The notes under the pieces are model-generated. The model was not told where the DNA came from. It made no database searches and saw only the letters and a list, made by a program, of their open reading frames with translations. From the NCBI GenBank assembly GCA_963720565.1, contig CAVRFW010000005.1, positions 1 through 64,000 on the forward strand: a stretch of DNA of 64,000 nt. The letters are read 5' to 3'. Both the position numbers and the translations under genes were made by a program. The stretch comes from Candidatus Bathyarchaeota archaeon. Lineage in GTDB: Archaea; Thermoproteota; Bathyarchaeia; Bathyarchaeales; Bathycorpusculaceae. This document shows positions 29,982 to 40,638 of this stretch, piece after piece (the stretch's first letter is position 1; each line of letters opens with the position of its first letter).

Positions 29982-30268
29982 CCTTCTAAAGTGGATATGT
30001 GCCTCTTATTATTTCACGGTTTCTCCGAACCAGCGCCAATGGCAGAATCTCAGGCGACGAAGAAGGAAATCCAATGATCGTCGGCATGTTTGATGAAACG
30101 GCATTCAGCTTAGCCAGACGAGAATCCATGAAAAACGCCTACACACTAAGGAACATGGGCGAGTTAGAACCAGCTCGACTAAACGACGAAGACACGGAAT
30201 ACACTACGATTCAACAAGTCCTCGAAAAGCTTGGAAAACGCTTCAAATCTCTTAAAATGACAAATAAA

Positions 30269-30823
30269 TCAGGGGGACATATGCGCCAAGGCAGTTAAGG
30301 CTAAGCGCCTGTTCTCGACAAGCTCCCGCAGCCTCTTGCAAAGCTCAATTCCAACAATCTTTTTTCTCTTCAGAAGCTCCACCTTCTTGGCGAGTTCAAA
30401 ATCACCCATTTCTTTGAACCAGGCTTCAAAATCCCCCCGGTTTAGGTGAAAATTAATTGAGTCTACGTCGACCTTGAGAATTTTACTTGAGAAATCTTGA
30501 AGACTCGTCGCGTAAAGGTTTGACGGTTTCCCTATGTCAAAGTAGAAGTGAAAAGCCTTGTTAGGCGGAGTTTGCGCTATTATGGCTCTTGCGTCTTCCG
30601 GGGTAATTTTAGGTAAACCTAAGGCTTGTTTGCCCTTTTCTGTTATTGTATACTGTCCTTTTTCGGGCGAAAAAGCGTACCCCATGCGTGTGAGACCAAG
30701 TATGTGCATCATAACTGGCTTGAATTCTTTCCCAGTTTCCTCAGCAATCTGTGTGGCCCTCGCTGGTTTATCGATTATTAGCATGCTTTCAAGTATCTCT
30801 TGCTTGATAAGGGATAAGCTCAT
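30269..30823 (-). CDS. wHTH plus DUF5752-like protein
   Basis: AFHFY...SINFHLNRGDFEAW. Confidence 0.75.
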   Translation of the reverse strand: MSLSLIKQEILESMLIIDKPARATQIAEETGKEFKPVMMHILGLTRMGYAFSPEKGQYTITEKGKQALGLPKITPEDARAIIAQTPPNKAFHFYFDIGKPSNLYATSLQDFSSKILKVDVDSINFHLNRGDFEAWFKEMGDFELAKKVELLKRKKIVGIELCKRLRELVENRRLALTALAHMSP

Positions 30824-30975
30824 TGTGTGAATTCCACCTAGGTAGTATTATGTGCATAAGACCTATTCAAACTTTCAGTTTTCAAAAGGGATTTTCAGGT
30901 TTATTGAACAGCAATAAGCAAAGCTTTAGTATGAAGATACGGTATGCTAAAACTGGAAACTGGTGAAAGCCAAGA

Positions 30976-32226
30976 ATGAAGATTGCTGTGTTTGTTTACG
31001 AGTATCCACCCAAGATTGTGGGCGGATTGGGTACTTATGCGGCGGAGATAACGCGCAAGTTTGTGTTGATGGATCATGATGTTACTGTTTTCACGATGAA
31101 TGATGACGGTGGAACTCTGCCAACCAGGGAGATTTGGCGCGGCATAGAAATTCACCGCCCATTACACATTGACATTTCAGATTCACTTCCGGACGTGATC
31201 TCGGAAGACATCAAGAAGTGGGGCAGAGGACAGATTCTCTTCGGCAAACTCATGGTGTACAATTATCTTTCCGCTTCAAAACTCGTCAACGACCTCATCA
31301 AGAAGGAAGGGATGAAATACGACTTGGTGATTGCTCACGACTGGCTCTCAGTCATGGGTGGAACCACCGTGAAAAAGGAAACCGGATTGCCTCTGGCATT
31401 TCATGTTCACTCAACAGAGAAGGGAAGAACCCTCGGAAACGGATCCAACGTCGTAAGCAACATTGAAATGCGCGGCGCCAACATGGCCGACATGATCGTC
31501 ACAGTATCATACGCCATGAAAGACGAACTCGTCCAACTTGGGTTCCCCAAGGAAAAGATTCAGGTCAGCTACAACGGCGTCGACCCACAGAAATACGACC
31601 CCGCGAAAGTGCCTGCAGATAAAGTACGCGCAATAAGAGAACGCTACGGCATTAAAGACCAAGATTCCATGATTCTCTTTCTAGGAAGACTCGTGGCGGT
31701 TAAAGGCGTAGACAAGCTAATCATGGCTATGCCCCATATTCTCACCAAGGTTCCCAACGCAAAACTGGTCATTGTGGGCGTTGGAGAACTACAGGAATAC
31801 TTGACAAACTTAACCCGAACTCTGCGACTGGACGACTACGTGAAATTCTGTTTCGACTTCATCCCCGAGGAAGAACGCATCCAACACTACGCTGCCTGCG
31901 ACCTAGCAGCTTTCCCAAGCTTCTACGAGCCCTTCGGCATAGTTGCGCTCGAGGCCATGAGCATGGAAAAACCCGTTGTAGTAGGCGCTGCCGGAGTCAG
32001 CGGAATGCGGGAAATAGTCATTTGCCGAGGCGAAGAACAATGCGGGTTCCACGTAGACCCCAACAACCCATCGGACATTGCATGGGGAGTAACAAGCGCG
32101 CTAGAAGATCCGGAAAGAAGCAAATGGATAGGAAAGAACGGCAGAAAACGGGTTCTAAGCGAGTTTACCTGGGGCAAAATCGCAGAGAAGACTGTGGAGC
32201 TATACGAAAAAATAGTCAAGCAATAG
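30976..32226 (+). CDS. GT4 glycosyltransferase (glycogen synthase-like)
   Basis: EYPP..GGLG, AHDW and EPFGIVALEAM motifs. Confidence 0.9.
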   Translation: MKIAVFVYEYPPKIVGGLGTYAAEITRKFVLMDHDVTVFTMNDDGGTLPTREIWRGIEIHRPLHIDISDSLPDVISEDIKKWGRGQILFGKLMVYNYLSASKLVNDLIKKEGMKYDLVIAHDWLSVMGGTTVKKETGLPLAFHVHSTEKGRTLGNGSNVVSNIEMRGANMADMIVTVSYAMKDELVQLGFPKEKIQVSYNGVDPQKYDPAKVPADKVRAIRERYGIKDQDSMILFLGRLVAVKGVDKLIMAMPHILTKVPNAKLVIVGVGELQEYLTNLTRTLRLDDYVKFCFDFIPEEERIQHYAACDLAAFPSFYEPFGIVALEAMSMEKPVVVGAAGVSGMREIVICRGEEQCGFHVDPNNPSDIAWGVTSALEDPERSKWIGKNGRKRVLSEFTWGKIAEKTVELYEKIVKQ

Positions 32227-32227
32227 C

Positions 32228-32866
32228 TTGTTGGATTTCACGGTGAATAGCGCGGACAGCACTCCTGATTTGAGGTGTAGAATTGCTAGAGAAGCGGCTG
32301 TCCTACTTTATTTTGGATCTGAAAAGGAGTATAAACTAGCCAAGGTTAAGGCCGCGGGAGCTTTGAGGGCTCATTTTCTCCCAACAAACCTGGAAGTTGC
32401 GTTGGAACTTGACAGATTGGCGGAGGAGAACGAAGGAGACGCGAGAAAAGAGAGGCTGGTTCGAATGCGCAAGGAAGCCTTGAAGATCATGAAACCCCTC
32501 AGGCATTACCATCCCGTCCTGATAGGAAGCGTCTGGCGCGGAACCATTCGCCGGGGAAGCGACATCGACATCGCAGTCTACCATGATATTCCAAATGAAG
32601 TCTTGCTCCTGCTTAAGGAAAACAGTTTCACAATGTCAAACGCTGAGTGGGTCACCGTGACTAAGAAAGGAAAACCGCAAACGTCTTTCCACATACTCGG
32701 CAAACTATCAACTGAATTTCAATTCGAGATTGTTGTCCGAAACCAGGAAGAATCCGCTCAAAAAAGAAAATGCGAAGTTTTCGGAGATGAACTAAAAGGA
32801 TTGAACCTCAAAGAGCTTGAGCAACTGCTAAAGGAAAACCCCACTCAAAAATTCATCCCTTCATAG
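32228..32866 (+). CDS. Pol beta-type nucleotidyltransferase
   Basis: GSVWRG...SDIDI. Confidence 0.8.
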   Translation: MLDFTVNSADSTPDLRCRIAREAAVLLYFGSEKEYKLAKVKAAGALRAHFLPTNLEVALELDRLAEENEGDARKERLVRMRKEALKIMKPLRHYHPVLIGSVWRGTIRRGSDIDIAVYHDIPNEVLLLLKENSFTMSNAEWVTVTKKGKPQTSFHILGKLSTEFQFEIVVRNQEESAQKRKCEVFGDELKGLNLKELEQLLKENPTQKFIPS

Positions 32867-32973
32867 CAAGAACGTATCACAGAATATTTTCGATGAAAAC
32901 CGCGTTTTTCGGGGAAAAAGGCACATAAGCATGAACTCCCGTAATTTTTTATCAAAAGGCTGGCCTAAAAACT

Positions 32974-33327
32974 ATGGTTTCGGAGACTGACAAGAAAACC
33001 TTCAGAAGAGTGTTCCCACACCTAGCGGACGAACTGGAGCAGGAAGAAGGCAAAGTTCCCATAGACTCGGTACGGACGGATCCCGAATGGGCTGAAGAGA
33101 CCGCAGTTGACGAATTCCGCCACTTTAACCCCACCGTAATAGACTTCATAAGACGCTGCGACACCGAAGCAGAAGCAGAAGCAATCATCCGGCATTTAGA
33201 GAATCGAGGCGAAGTGAGCAAAGAATACTCTGAAGAACTCAGGAAACAACTCAAAGAAGAAGGCGTGAGAAGCTTCGGCCCTAAGAAAGAGGAAAACTAC
33301 TATTTCAAAAAAGCCGGACTCTGCTAG
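32974..33327 (+). CDS. DUF2095-like archaeal protein
   Basis: FPHLADELE; PTVIDFIRRC; GVRSFG. Confidence 0.75.
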   Translation: MVSETDKKTFRRVFPHLADELEQEEGKVPIDSVRTDPEWAEETAVDEFRHFNPTVIDFIRRCDTEAEAEAIIRHLENRGEVSKEYSEELRKQLKEEGVRSFGPKKEENYYFKKAGLC

Positions 33328-33538
33328 ATTTCTCAAGGAACGACCCGAATTATCTTCTTGCCTTAGCCAAAAAGACAGATTGAAGCGATATCGACTTCTC
33401 TGACAGTTACACCAAACGATTCCCATGCTTAAATCAGCTCAGATTTAGGTTGCCACTCCGCTCCTACGGGCTTCTCATTTTTCGGGCGTAACTAAACAGT
33501 TATATTCGCGTTAAGGAAAGGGAATACCGAGTGAGACA

Positions 33539-33823
33539 ATGCAGTTTTCGAAAGTTGAAGGCGAAAAAAAGAGTCACAAGGTCATTGTATACGCTCTGAG
33601 CACTTGCGTCTGGTGCAAAATGACCAAGCAGTTTCTGAAGGACAACAGTGTAGAATATGAGTATGTTAACGTGGACCTCTGCAGCGAAGAAGACAAAGAG
33701 AAAATCCGTCAAGAAATCCAGAATAAAGGCGGAAGCCTGAGTTACCCCACCACAATTATTGACGACAAGACGGTGGTTACGGGTTTTCGCAAGGACCTGC
33801 TTAAGGTGGTGCTTGAACTTTGA
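33539..33823 (+). CDS. Glutaredoxin (NrdH-like)
   Basis: CVWC; SYPT. Confidence 0.85.
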   Translation: MQFSKVEGEKKSHKVIVYALSTCVWCKMTKQFLKDNSVEYEYVNVDLCSEEDKEKIRQEIQNKGGSLSYPTTIIDDKTVVTGFRKDLLKVVLEL

Positions 33824-34365
33824 CTCAGACAACTATTGAAAAGATCCAGAAAAGGGCAGAAGCCGACGCCAAAACGTTTGGCTACTACCTAACTCCTGAC
33901 GCTGACCTTCTGCAAGGCTTGCTTGAGGGCTTAAAAACAAACGAGGAGCGTTACGGTTACCCCTCATGCCCGTGCAGGCTAGCGGCAAACGTGTTTGATT
34001 ACGACCGAGACATAATCTGCCCGTGCGACTATAGAGACCCAGACGTCGCAGAATTCGGTGCTTGTTATTGCAGACTCTACGTTAGCAAAGAGGTTTACGA
34101 GGGCAAGACTGAATTGCCAACTGTTCCTGAACGTAGACCCTTGGCAAAGCAGGCTAAAGCGTTTGCACCTGCAGTTCCGCCGCGGGAAGAAAAGCAACTA
34201 GCTGCTGAAAAAGAGGAGATGGTTGAGATAATGCCGAAAATCTGGTACTGCAAACAATGCGGTTACATGGTTTTCAGAGAGGAGCCGCCTTACATCTGCC
34301 CGATATGTAAAGCAAAAAAGGAATTGTTCGCGGAGATAAAAACACGAATAGACATCCGCGGATAG
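33820..34365 (+). CDS. Ferredoxin:thioredoxin reductase catalytic chain fused to rubredoxin
   Basis: CPCR, CPC and CYC; C-terminal CKQC/CPIC. Confidence 0.9.
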   Translation: MTQTTIEKIQKRAEADAKTFGYYLTPDADLLQGLLEGLKTNEERYGYPSCPCRLAANVFDYDRDIICPCDYRDPDVAEFGACYCRLYVSKEVYEGKTELPTVPERRPLAKQAKAFAPAVPPREEKQLAAEKEEMVEIMPKIWYCKQCGYMVFREEPPYICPICKAKKELFAEIKTRIDIRG

Positions 34366-34372
34366 CCTTTTT

Positions 34373-34522
34373 TTAGATTGAAATTTCAATCTTTATTTTT
34401 TTCCAATCGGCGTTTATTCCTTTAAGTGAAGTCACGCCGCCCACGATTGCACCTGTCAAGATTTTTTCAACAAAATCATTAAGCGGGATATCATTCCCGT
34501 CAACCTGAAGCTTCATTTTCAT
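34373..34522 (-). CDS. 49-aa protein resembling a MobB C-terminal domain
   Basis: MKMKLQVDGNDIPLNDFVEKILTGAIVGGVTSLKG. Confidence 0.55.
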   Translation of the reverse strand: MKMKLQVDGNDIPLNDFVEKILTGAIVGGVTSLKGINADWKKIKIEISI

Positions 34523-34592
34523 CAGATTCACCTCAGACACTGCTAGTGCGGCTTGCAGTAAAAGTTTTTGTAGAAAGAAGAATCACTAAGTA

Positions 34593-35267
34593 ATGAAGGC
34601 TACGATCGTGAAGAAACCAGAAGTCTATCTTGAACCCAAAGACCGAGTATTACAGATTATCGAGCTGCTTGAGAAGGAGCATCCGGACGCGAAAATCGCT
34701 CTTAACTTCTCCAATCCCCTCGAGTTGCTAGTGGCGACCATACTGTCTGCTCAGTGCACCGACGAGCGAGTCAACATCGTGACCAAGAATTTGTTCAAGA
34801 AATATACGAAAGCAGAAGACTATGCAGACGCAGACCTAAAGGAGTTCGAACAGGACATCAGGTCCACTGGATTTTACCACAACAAAGCCAAGAACATAAA
34901 GAAAGCCGCTGGCTTGCTGGTTGAAAAATTCAATTCAAAAGTTCCTGGCACGATGGAGGAGCTGCTTGAACTTTCCGGAGTGGCGAGGAAGACCGCCAAC
35001 ATCGTCATATTCAACGCTTACGGCGTTATCGCTGGGGTGGCGGTTGATACCCATGTGCGCAGACTCTCTCAAAGACTTGGCTTATCCGAGAACGAGGATC
35101 CAAACAAGATAGAAAAAGATTTGATGAACATCGTGCCTAAGGAATGTTGGATGCGAATTACTGACCTACTGATTTTTCATGGTAGACGCATTTGCCCAGC
35201 AAAAAAGCCGAAATGCGGGGCTTGTGTGCTGAACAAAATCTGCCTTTCAGCTTTCACTTTCGGGTAA
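34593..35267 (+). CDS. nth: Endonuclease III
   Basis: LSAQCTD; HhH GVARKTAN; VDTHV; CX6CX2CX5C. Confidence 0.95.
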   Translation: MKATIVKKPEVYLEPKDRVLQIIELLEKEHPDAKIALNFSNPLELLVATILSAQCTDERVNIVTKNLFKKYTKAEDYADADLKEFEQDIRSTGFYHNKAKNIKKAAGLLVEKFNSKVPGTMEELLELSGVARKTANIVIFNAYGVIAGVAVDTHVRRLSQRLGLSENEDPNKIEKDLMNIVPKECWMRITDLLIFHGRRICPAKKPKCGACVLNKICLSAFTFG

Positions 35268-35373
35268 GAACCCCTTTCACTACGGGTTCTGGTGGTTGCG
35301 CTGTAGTGCTGTTGTCAGCGGCACAGTCTTTCGTCTATTGTCAATTGGCTTTTTGCGTCGCCAAAAAGGTTTG

Positions 35374-35799
35374 TCAGCCGAGTCGTTTGTGTTCAATCAT
35401 GATGCACTTGTCCATTATAACGGATAACCCCGCTTCCTGGGCTGTTTTCGCCGCGTCCTCGTTGACAATCCCCAACTGCATCCAGACAACGTCTGGTTTT
35501 CCATGCGTTTCCCTCAGCTTAATCGCCTGCTCCACTATCGAGGGAACATCCTCTGCCGGCCTAAAAATGTCAATGATGTCTACAGCTTTCTGAATCTCAA
35601 ACGGAATGTCAACGAGACTCTTATAACTTTTCTCGCTCAGAATTCTGTCCGCAGTCGGATTAACGGGTATTATGGTGAAACCATGTTCTTTCATGTATAA
35701 GCTAACCCTGTGGCTGGCTTTTTCCGGGTCTCTGGAGAGCCCAACAACCGCAATGACTTTGGATTTCTGCAGAATCTCATGAATTTCTCTCCGGCTCAA
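35374..35799 (-). CDS. CoA-binding protein
   Basis: IAVVGLS, PVNP and WMQLGI motifs. Confidence 0.9.
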   Translation of the reverse strand: MSRREIHEILQKSKVIAVVGLSRDPEKASHRVSLYMKEHGFTIIPVNPTADRILSEKSYKSLVDIPFEIQKAVDIIDIFRPAEDVPSIVEQAIKLRETHGKPDVVWMQLGIVNEDAAKTAQEAGLSVIMDKCIMIEHKRLG

Positions 35800-35833
35800 G
35801 ACAACAACCCCTCTCTAATCGCTAACCAGTCTG

Positions 35834-36769
35834 TTAGGGGGTTTCCTTCAGAGTTAATTCGAAGAAGTGTTCTCTTCCGTTTCGCAGTGCGAAAATTCTG
35901 ACTTTCTCCCCGACCGGCCTCTTGCGTATTTCTCTGACCAAGTCTTCGATTCTATGGGTTTCTGCATTGTCTATTTCCAGGATTATGTCCTCTTGCTCCA
36001 TTCCGGCTTCTTCTGCAGGACTTCTTCCTGCGACTCTTGTCACGAATACCCCTTTTGTCACGGGCAACCTGTAGTAGCGCGCTATTTCGGCAGTTATGCT
36101 TAAACCCACGATGCCCAGCCATGCCCGTTTAGCTGTCCCTTCAGTAACGATCCCGTCGGTGCACGTCTTTGCCGATTCAATGGGAATCGCGAAACCTATG
36201 CCCTGGGCGAAAGGAATTATCGCCGTATTTATTGCGATGACTTTGCCTTCTAGATTTACCAATGGACCCCCACTGTTTCCCGGATTGATGGCCGCGTCCG
36301 TTTGAACTAGGTTTTCCAGTAGTCCGCCTTGAGAGTCTATGGTTCTGTTGACGGCGCTGACTACTCCAGAGGTTACGCTGGGTCCCCCTGCCAAGCCCAA
36401 GGGGTTTCCGATTGCGTAGACTCTTTGACCAACTTTAAGATTGCTCGAATCGCCTAGTTCAGCGGGGGGCAAGTCTTTGGCATCCACTTTGATCACGGCG
36501 ATGTCGTGTACGGCACATGAACCCACAATTGTGCCTTCCAAGACTTGATTGTTCCAGAGGGTTACATCGATTTTGTCTGCGCCGTGGACTACGTGGTTGT
36601 TGGTGAGGATGAGACCTTCAGAGTCGATTATGGTGCCAGAGCCCATTCCCGCGACTGGAACCGCTTGATAGAACATGTTGCTGACGAGTTTCACGGTGCT
36701 GATGTTAACGACACTCTTGCTTACCTTATCGATTAATTCTAGAACTTTCTCTTCATCGTAAGTGGGCAA
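35834..36769 (-). CDS. HtrA-like serine protease with PDZ domain
   Basis: TNNHV; GNSGGP; PDZ. Confidence 0.92.
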   Translation of the reverse strand: MPTYDEEKVLELIDKVSKSVVNISTVKLVSNMFYQAVPVAGMGSGTIIDSEGLILTNNHVVHGADKIDVTLWNNQVLEGTIVGSCAVHDIAVIKVDAKDLPPAELGDSSNLKVGQRVYAIGNPLGLAGGPSVTSGVVSAVNRTIDSQGGLLENLVQTDAAINPGNSGGPLVNLEGKVIAINTAIIPFAQGIGFAIPIESAKTCTDGIVTEGTAKRAWLGIVGLSITAEIARYYRLPVTKGVFVTRVAGRSPAEEAGMEQEDIILEIDNAETHRIEDLVREIRKRPVGEKVRIFALRNGREHFFELTLKETP

Positions 36770-36847
36770 TCTACGTTTCCGCCTCGGGAATCATGTTAGC
36801 TCCGTTTTTAATATATTTTCAACCTGCCAAGAAAACACGGAGCGGGC

Positions 36848-37228
36848 CTATATGGAAATGCAGAAAGTGCATGATTCGGCCCAGGTCTCGTTCATCTTGC
36901 TCTTGCAGAGCGAGCAAAGTAGCCCTTTTCTGCGGATTGTTTTGCAGGTGACGCAAAAAAGTGTGAGTATTTCCTGTTTTTTTTGCGGTTCGTTTAGGAT
37001 AAAGTGTGTCATCTCTTCTATGAGTTTTTGCACTTCGGGAACATTTTCGATTGACATGAGGTTTCCCCTGCCTTTGTTGACGTATCGACTTACTGCGGAT
37101 TGGGACAAGCCCAGTATGTCAGCGGCCTGTTGTTCTTTCATTCCGTGTTTCTCCACTATGGTTCTAGCCATTAGGGCTTTCACGGCTGGCAAAACTGTTC
37201 TTACCCCGACTTCGCATGGCAACAGCAT
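36848..37228 (-). CDS. Archaeal HTH transcriptional regulator
   Basis: PCE...LPA; LGLSQSAVSRY. Confidence 0.8.
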   Translation of the reverse strand: MLLPCEVGVRTVLPAVKALMARTIVEKHGMKEQQAADILGLSQSAVSRYVNKGRGNLMSIENVPEVQKLIEEMTHFILNEPQKKQEILTLFCVTCKTIRRKGLLCSLCKSKMNETWAESCTFCISI

Positions 37229-37391
37229 TTTTTCACCAATTTTACTTATGTTTACTGGAAACGCATATAAATATGTCGCGTGTCATGATTATATGACGCG
37301 TGTCATTACGGGACCAGCTTCTAAATCAACCCCACAACCCAACTCTCAACCCCTACCCGTCAGACCACACGTCAAAGAGAGGAATCGAAAA

Positions 37392-38336
37392 ATGAGAGCC
37401 GCAACAGCCCACCGTGAAAAATCGGAAAAAAATCACGACCTTACGAACATGCTTGAAACTTTAGACGCCAAATGCCGCAAATGCGCGCCCCTAAATCCAC
37501 TCGAATGCATAACCAACTGCAGAGTTTGGAAACTGAAGAACGAACTCAGAAGACTACACGAAGCCATGAGCAACCCAAATTTCACAAAGGACCTACTTAA
37601 TACGCTAAAGAACGAAAAGCGCCTGCACATCTTGAAAGCAATTGTAAGAGGACAATGCAGCCTAACCCAAATTCAGCAGGAACTAAAGAAAACAGGCTGC
37701 TCATGCAGTCAAGACACAATCAGCGAAGAATACTTGAGCCCGTTATTGGAAGTGGGACTTGCAGCCGAAACCCAAGACAGATACCAAGCGACAGCATTTG
37801 GCGGAAGACTAACTGAAATGCTAAAAGGTTTCCCCGAATTCATCAACGTTCTACCCAGCAGTTCCGAGTGCTACGAAGAGGTTCTCCTCAGCGCATTGTT
37901 GCCAGGACCAAAAACGTTCGAAGGCGTCGAAGCAGTAATCTCTCCAACGATTGTTTCGCGTACACTAAAACGACTCAAAACAGCAGGCTTAATCACAACC
38001 TCAGAAGACAGAGACTACATATTCTTCTTCCGATCAAAGCGTGATTTGAACAAGGAAACACTCTCGCCAGCCCAGAAGCGAGTTTACGAAAGCATCCCCG
38101 ACGCTGGAATCGCAGCGAAGAAACTTGCCGAGAAGACTAATCTGTCCGTAAGACGAACGTACAAGTATTTGCGGGAACTAAAGGGAAAGAAACTGACGTT
38201 CACAAGAAAAACCCCGAAAGTCTATCGTTTAACCGGAAAAGGCGAAAAATTGGCTCTCATGCTTCATGACCTGCAGAAAATGGTTGAAGAAGCTTGGAAT
38301 TCATCCGAACAGATAGTCAGCAAAGAAAATTCCTAG
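37392..38336 (+). CDS. Multi-wHTH protein with a Cys cluster
   Basis: probable ATG at 37392; wHTH-like repeats (YRLTGKG). Confidence 0.65.
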   Translation: MRAATAHREKSEKNHDLTNMLETLDAKCRKCAPLNPLECITNCRVWKLKNELRRLHEAMSNPNFTKDLLNTLKNEKRLHILKAIVRGQCSLTQIQQELKKTGCSCSQDTISEEYLSPLLEVGLAAETQDRYQATAFGGRLTEMLKGFPEFINVLPSSSECYEEVLLSALLPGPKTFEGVEAVISPTIVSRTLKRLKTAGLITTSEDRDYIFFFRSKRDLNKETLSPAQKRVYESIPDAGIAAKKLAEKTNLSVRRTYKYLRELKGKKLTFTRKTPKVYRLTGKGEKLALMLHDLQKMVEEAWNSSEQIVSKENS

Positions 38337-38507
38337 AATCAACTTGACTTTTTATCAGTGCACTTCGTTCCGAGTTTGACAGTGCTGCCTACTCGAATGA
38401 AGACCTCAAGAAGAGGAAAGTCAGACTTGAACTGGGCTTAGCGTTGTCAGGGAACTGAACGCGCTTAACCTAAACAGTTAAGATGAGGTTGCATTAATCA
38501 GTTATCT

Positions 38508-38948
38508 ATGCAAGAAGAGAAATTCACGTCTGAACTCATCGCGCCATGCGGAATGAACTGCGGAATATGTGTATCATTTTTTGGTTATACAATGGAAGGT
38601 AAAAAGAGAAAACATACCTGCATCACCTGCCGGTCAAGAGCCAGCAGATGCGCGTTTGTCCAACAACAATGCGGAAAACTGGCAACCAAACAAATCAAGT
38701 ATTGCTTTGAATGTACAGATTTTCCATGCGCAAACCTAAGAGCACTTGACAACCGCTACAGAAACAAGTATGGAATGAGCATGATTGAGAACCTGAACTA
38801 CATCAAGGCAAATGGCATCAAGCAATTCCTGAAAAACGAACAAGAAAGATGGAAATGCCCCGGCTGCGGCGGAATCATTTGCGTCCACAACGGAACGTGC
38901 TACACCTGCAATCAAACCCGAGAAGCTCGCGGAAACCTTCAAGGTTGA
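38508..38948 (+). CDS. DUF3795 Cys-rich protein
   Basis: APCGMNCGIC; CFECTDFPC. Confidence 0.85.
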   Translation: MQEEKFTSELIAPCGMNCGICVSFFGYTMEGKKRKHTCITCRSRASRCAFVQQQCGKLATKQIKYCFECTDFPCANLRALDNRYRNKYGMSMIENLNYIKANGIKQFLKNEQERWKCPGCGGIICVHNGTCYTCNQTREARGNLQG

Positions 38949-39026
38949 AATCCAGACTCAAAACTGTCCGGGATATTTGCGTAACAAATACGGATTCTCG
39001 AAAAGATTGAGATGCGACTTCTGTCT

Positions 39027-40400
39027 CTAGGCGGGCGCGAGGTTTCCGAATGCCTGCTGGACCACTTCGGTGAGGGCTGGATGTATGTGCATTGCGCGCA
39101 ATATTGGCGCGTAGCTTTTTGTTTCAGTGATTATAACGTTGACTATTTCCTGGATGAGTACGGATGCTTCAGCGCCGATTATGTGTCCGCCCAGAACTTT
39201 GCCTGTTTCTCGTTCAACTATGACTTTAACGAACCCTTCTGGTTCACCCATAGCTGCACCCATAGCCGTGTTCTTGTATTGGGCTTTGCCAACTAAAATT
39301 TTGTAGCCCTGGTTTTTGGCCTCTTCCTCTTTTAAGCCTACTGCGGCAACCTGCGGGTGACTGAATATTGCATGTGGTGCGGCTGAATAATCCATCGGCA
39401 CCTTGTGTTCGTGAATTGAGTTGTGCCACACTATGCCCGCTTCGTAGTTAGCGACGTGTTTGAACATTTTTTTTCCTATCGCGTCGCCGAATGCCCATAT
39501 GTTCTTCTTGCCTGTTTCAAGGAACTCGTTCACTTTAATGTACCCGCGCTCATCCAGAGCAACGCCTGTTTTTTCCGGCTTAAGGGTGTCTGAGTTGGGA
39601 ATTCTTCCTGCTGCAATCATTAACGCCTCTGCAGAGAAGTCTTGGAGAGCACCGTTTTCCCGGTTTTTCGCAGTCACTATTTTCATGTTATCCTCTTGTC
39701 TGACCTCTAACACCTCGAAGCCCAAGTGTATCTCAATTCTCTGCTCCAGTTCTTTTTTGAGCAAATCTGAGATTTCCGGTTCCTCATCCGGTAGGAGTCT
39801 ATTGGGTCTTTGAAGTATCGTTGTTTTGACGCCTATTCCGGTGAAGAAGTGGCCGTACTCTACACCTATGTAGCCTCCGCCCACGATGATGACGCTCTTT
39901 GGCGGATTCTCCAACTCTAGAACTGTGTCGCTTGTCAGGTAATCTACGTTCTCAACGCCTTTTATCTTGGGGATTCCAACTCGTGCACCAGACGCGATGA
40001 ATATTTTATCTGCCTTGATAGTTTGGGTCCCCACTTGCAAAGAATAATCGCCTATGAACTCTCCCTTGTTTTTGAACCACTTGAGGTTAGGAGTAGCTTC
40101 GACACCTCTTGTCTGAGCCCCAGTGTCTTCCTTGACTAGGGTGTGCATTCGCGTCATTATTTTCTTGAAGTCGACGGAGTTTATGGTGGCGTTAACGCCG
40201 ATTTTTTCAGCTTCCCGCGCAAGGGTAGCGACGTCCGCGGGGTAAATCAGCATCTTCGAAGGGACGCAACCGCGGTTTATGCAGGTTCCTCCCATGGGTC
40301 CGTTGTCAACGACTGCTGTGGTCAAGCCGTTCTCAACTGCTGCAGACGCAACAATCATTCCAGAACCGGTGCCTATTACGAGAACATCAAAACTTTCCAT
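39027..40400 (-). CDS. Dihydrolipoamide dehydrogenase-family flavin disulfide oxidoreductase
   Basis: GGTCINRGCVP; GGGYIG; HIHPALTE. Confidence 0.9.
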   Translation of the reverse strand: MESFDVLVIGTGSGMIVASAAVENGLTTAVVDNGPMGGTCINRGCVPSKMLIYPADVATLAREAEKIGVNATINSVDFKKIMTRMHTLVKEDTGAQTRGVEATPNLKWFKNKGEFIGDYSLQVGTQTIKADKIFIASGARVGIPKIKGVENVDYLTSDTVLELENPPKSVIIVGGGYIGVEYGHFFTGIGVKTTILQRPNRLLPDEEPEISDLLKKELEQRIEIHLGFEVLEVRQEDNMKIVTAKNRENGALQDFSAEALMIAAGRIPNSDTLKPEKTGVALDERGYIKVNEFLETGKKNIWAFGDAIGKKMFKHVANYEAGIVWHNSIHEHKVPMDYSAAPHAIFSHPQVAAVGLKEEEAKNQGYKILVGKAQYKNTAMGAAMGEPEGFVKVIVERETGKVLGGHIIGAEASVLIQEIVNVIITETKSYAPILRAMHIHPALTEVVQQAFGNLAPA

Positions 40401-40524
40401 AGCAATTTCAACTCAAACAAAGATGCACGAAGAACACAAATAAACCTTTCAACCGCGATCACCGAACCGGTCTGCTGGAAAATCTTTTATTTACATTCCA
40501 GAAATATCTATTGTTGGGTTGATT

Positions 40525-40638
40525 ATGTCAGAAGAAAAGAAGAAAGAAATTTACTACAAGAAGAAAGAGAAAACGGCAAAAGAAGTCAAGGCAAAAGAGA
40601 AAAAACCGAAAAAACCAAAGAAAGTCAAGAAGAAGTAG
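40525..40638 (+). CDS. Lysine-rich 37-aa microprotein
   Basis: MSEEKKKEIYYKKKEKTAKEVKAKEKKPKKPKKVKKK. Confidence 0.45.
   Translation: MSEEKKKEIYYKKKEKTAKEVKAKEKKPKKPKKVKKK

Noticed and set aside
29999..30298. 99-aa ORF between the RHH and DUF5752 genes
   Set aside because: It may be real from a later start, but no motif supports a call.
36762..37391. 524-aa ORF starting at 36762
   Set aside because: The first 210 codons are antisense to the HTH regulator; the real start is probably 37392.
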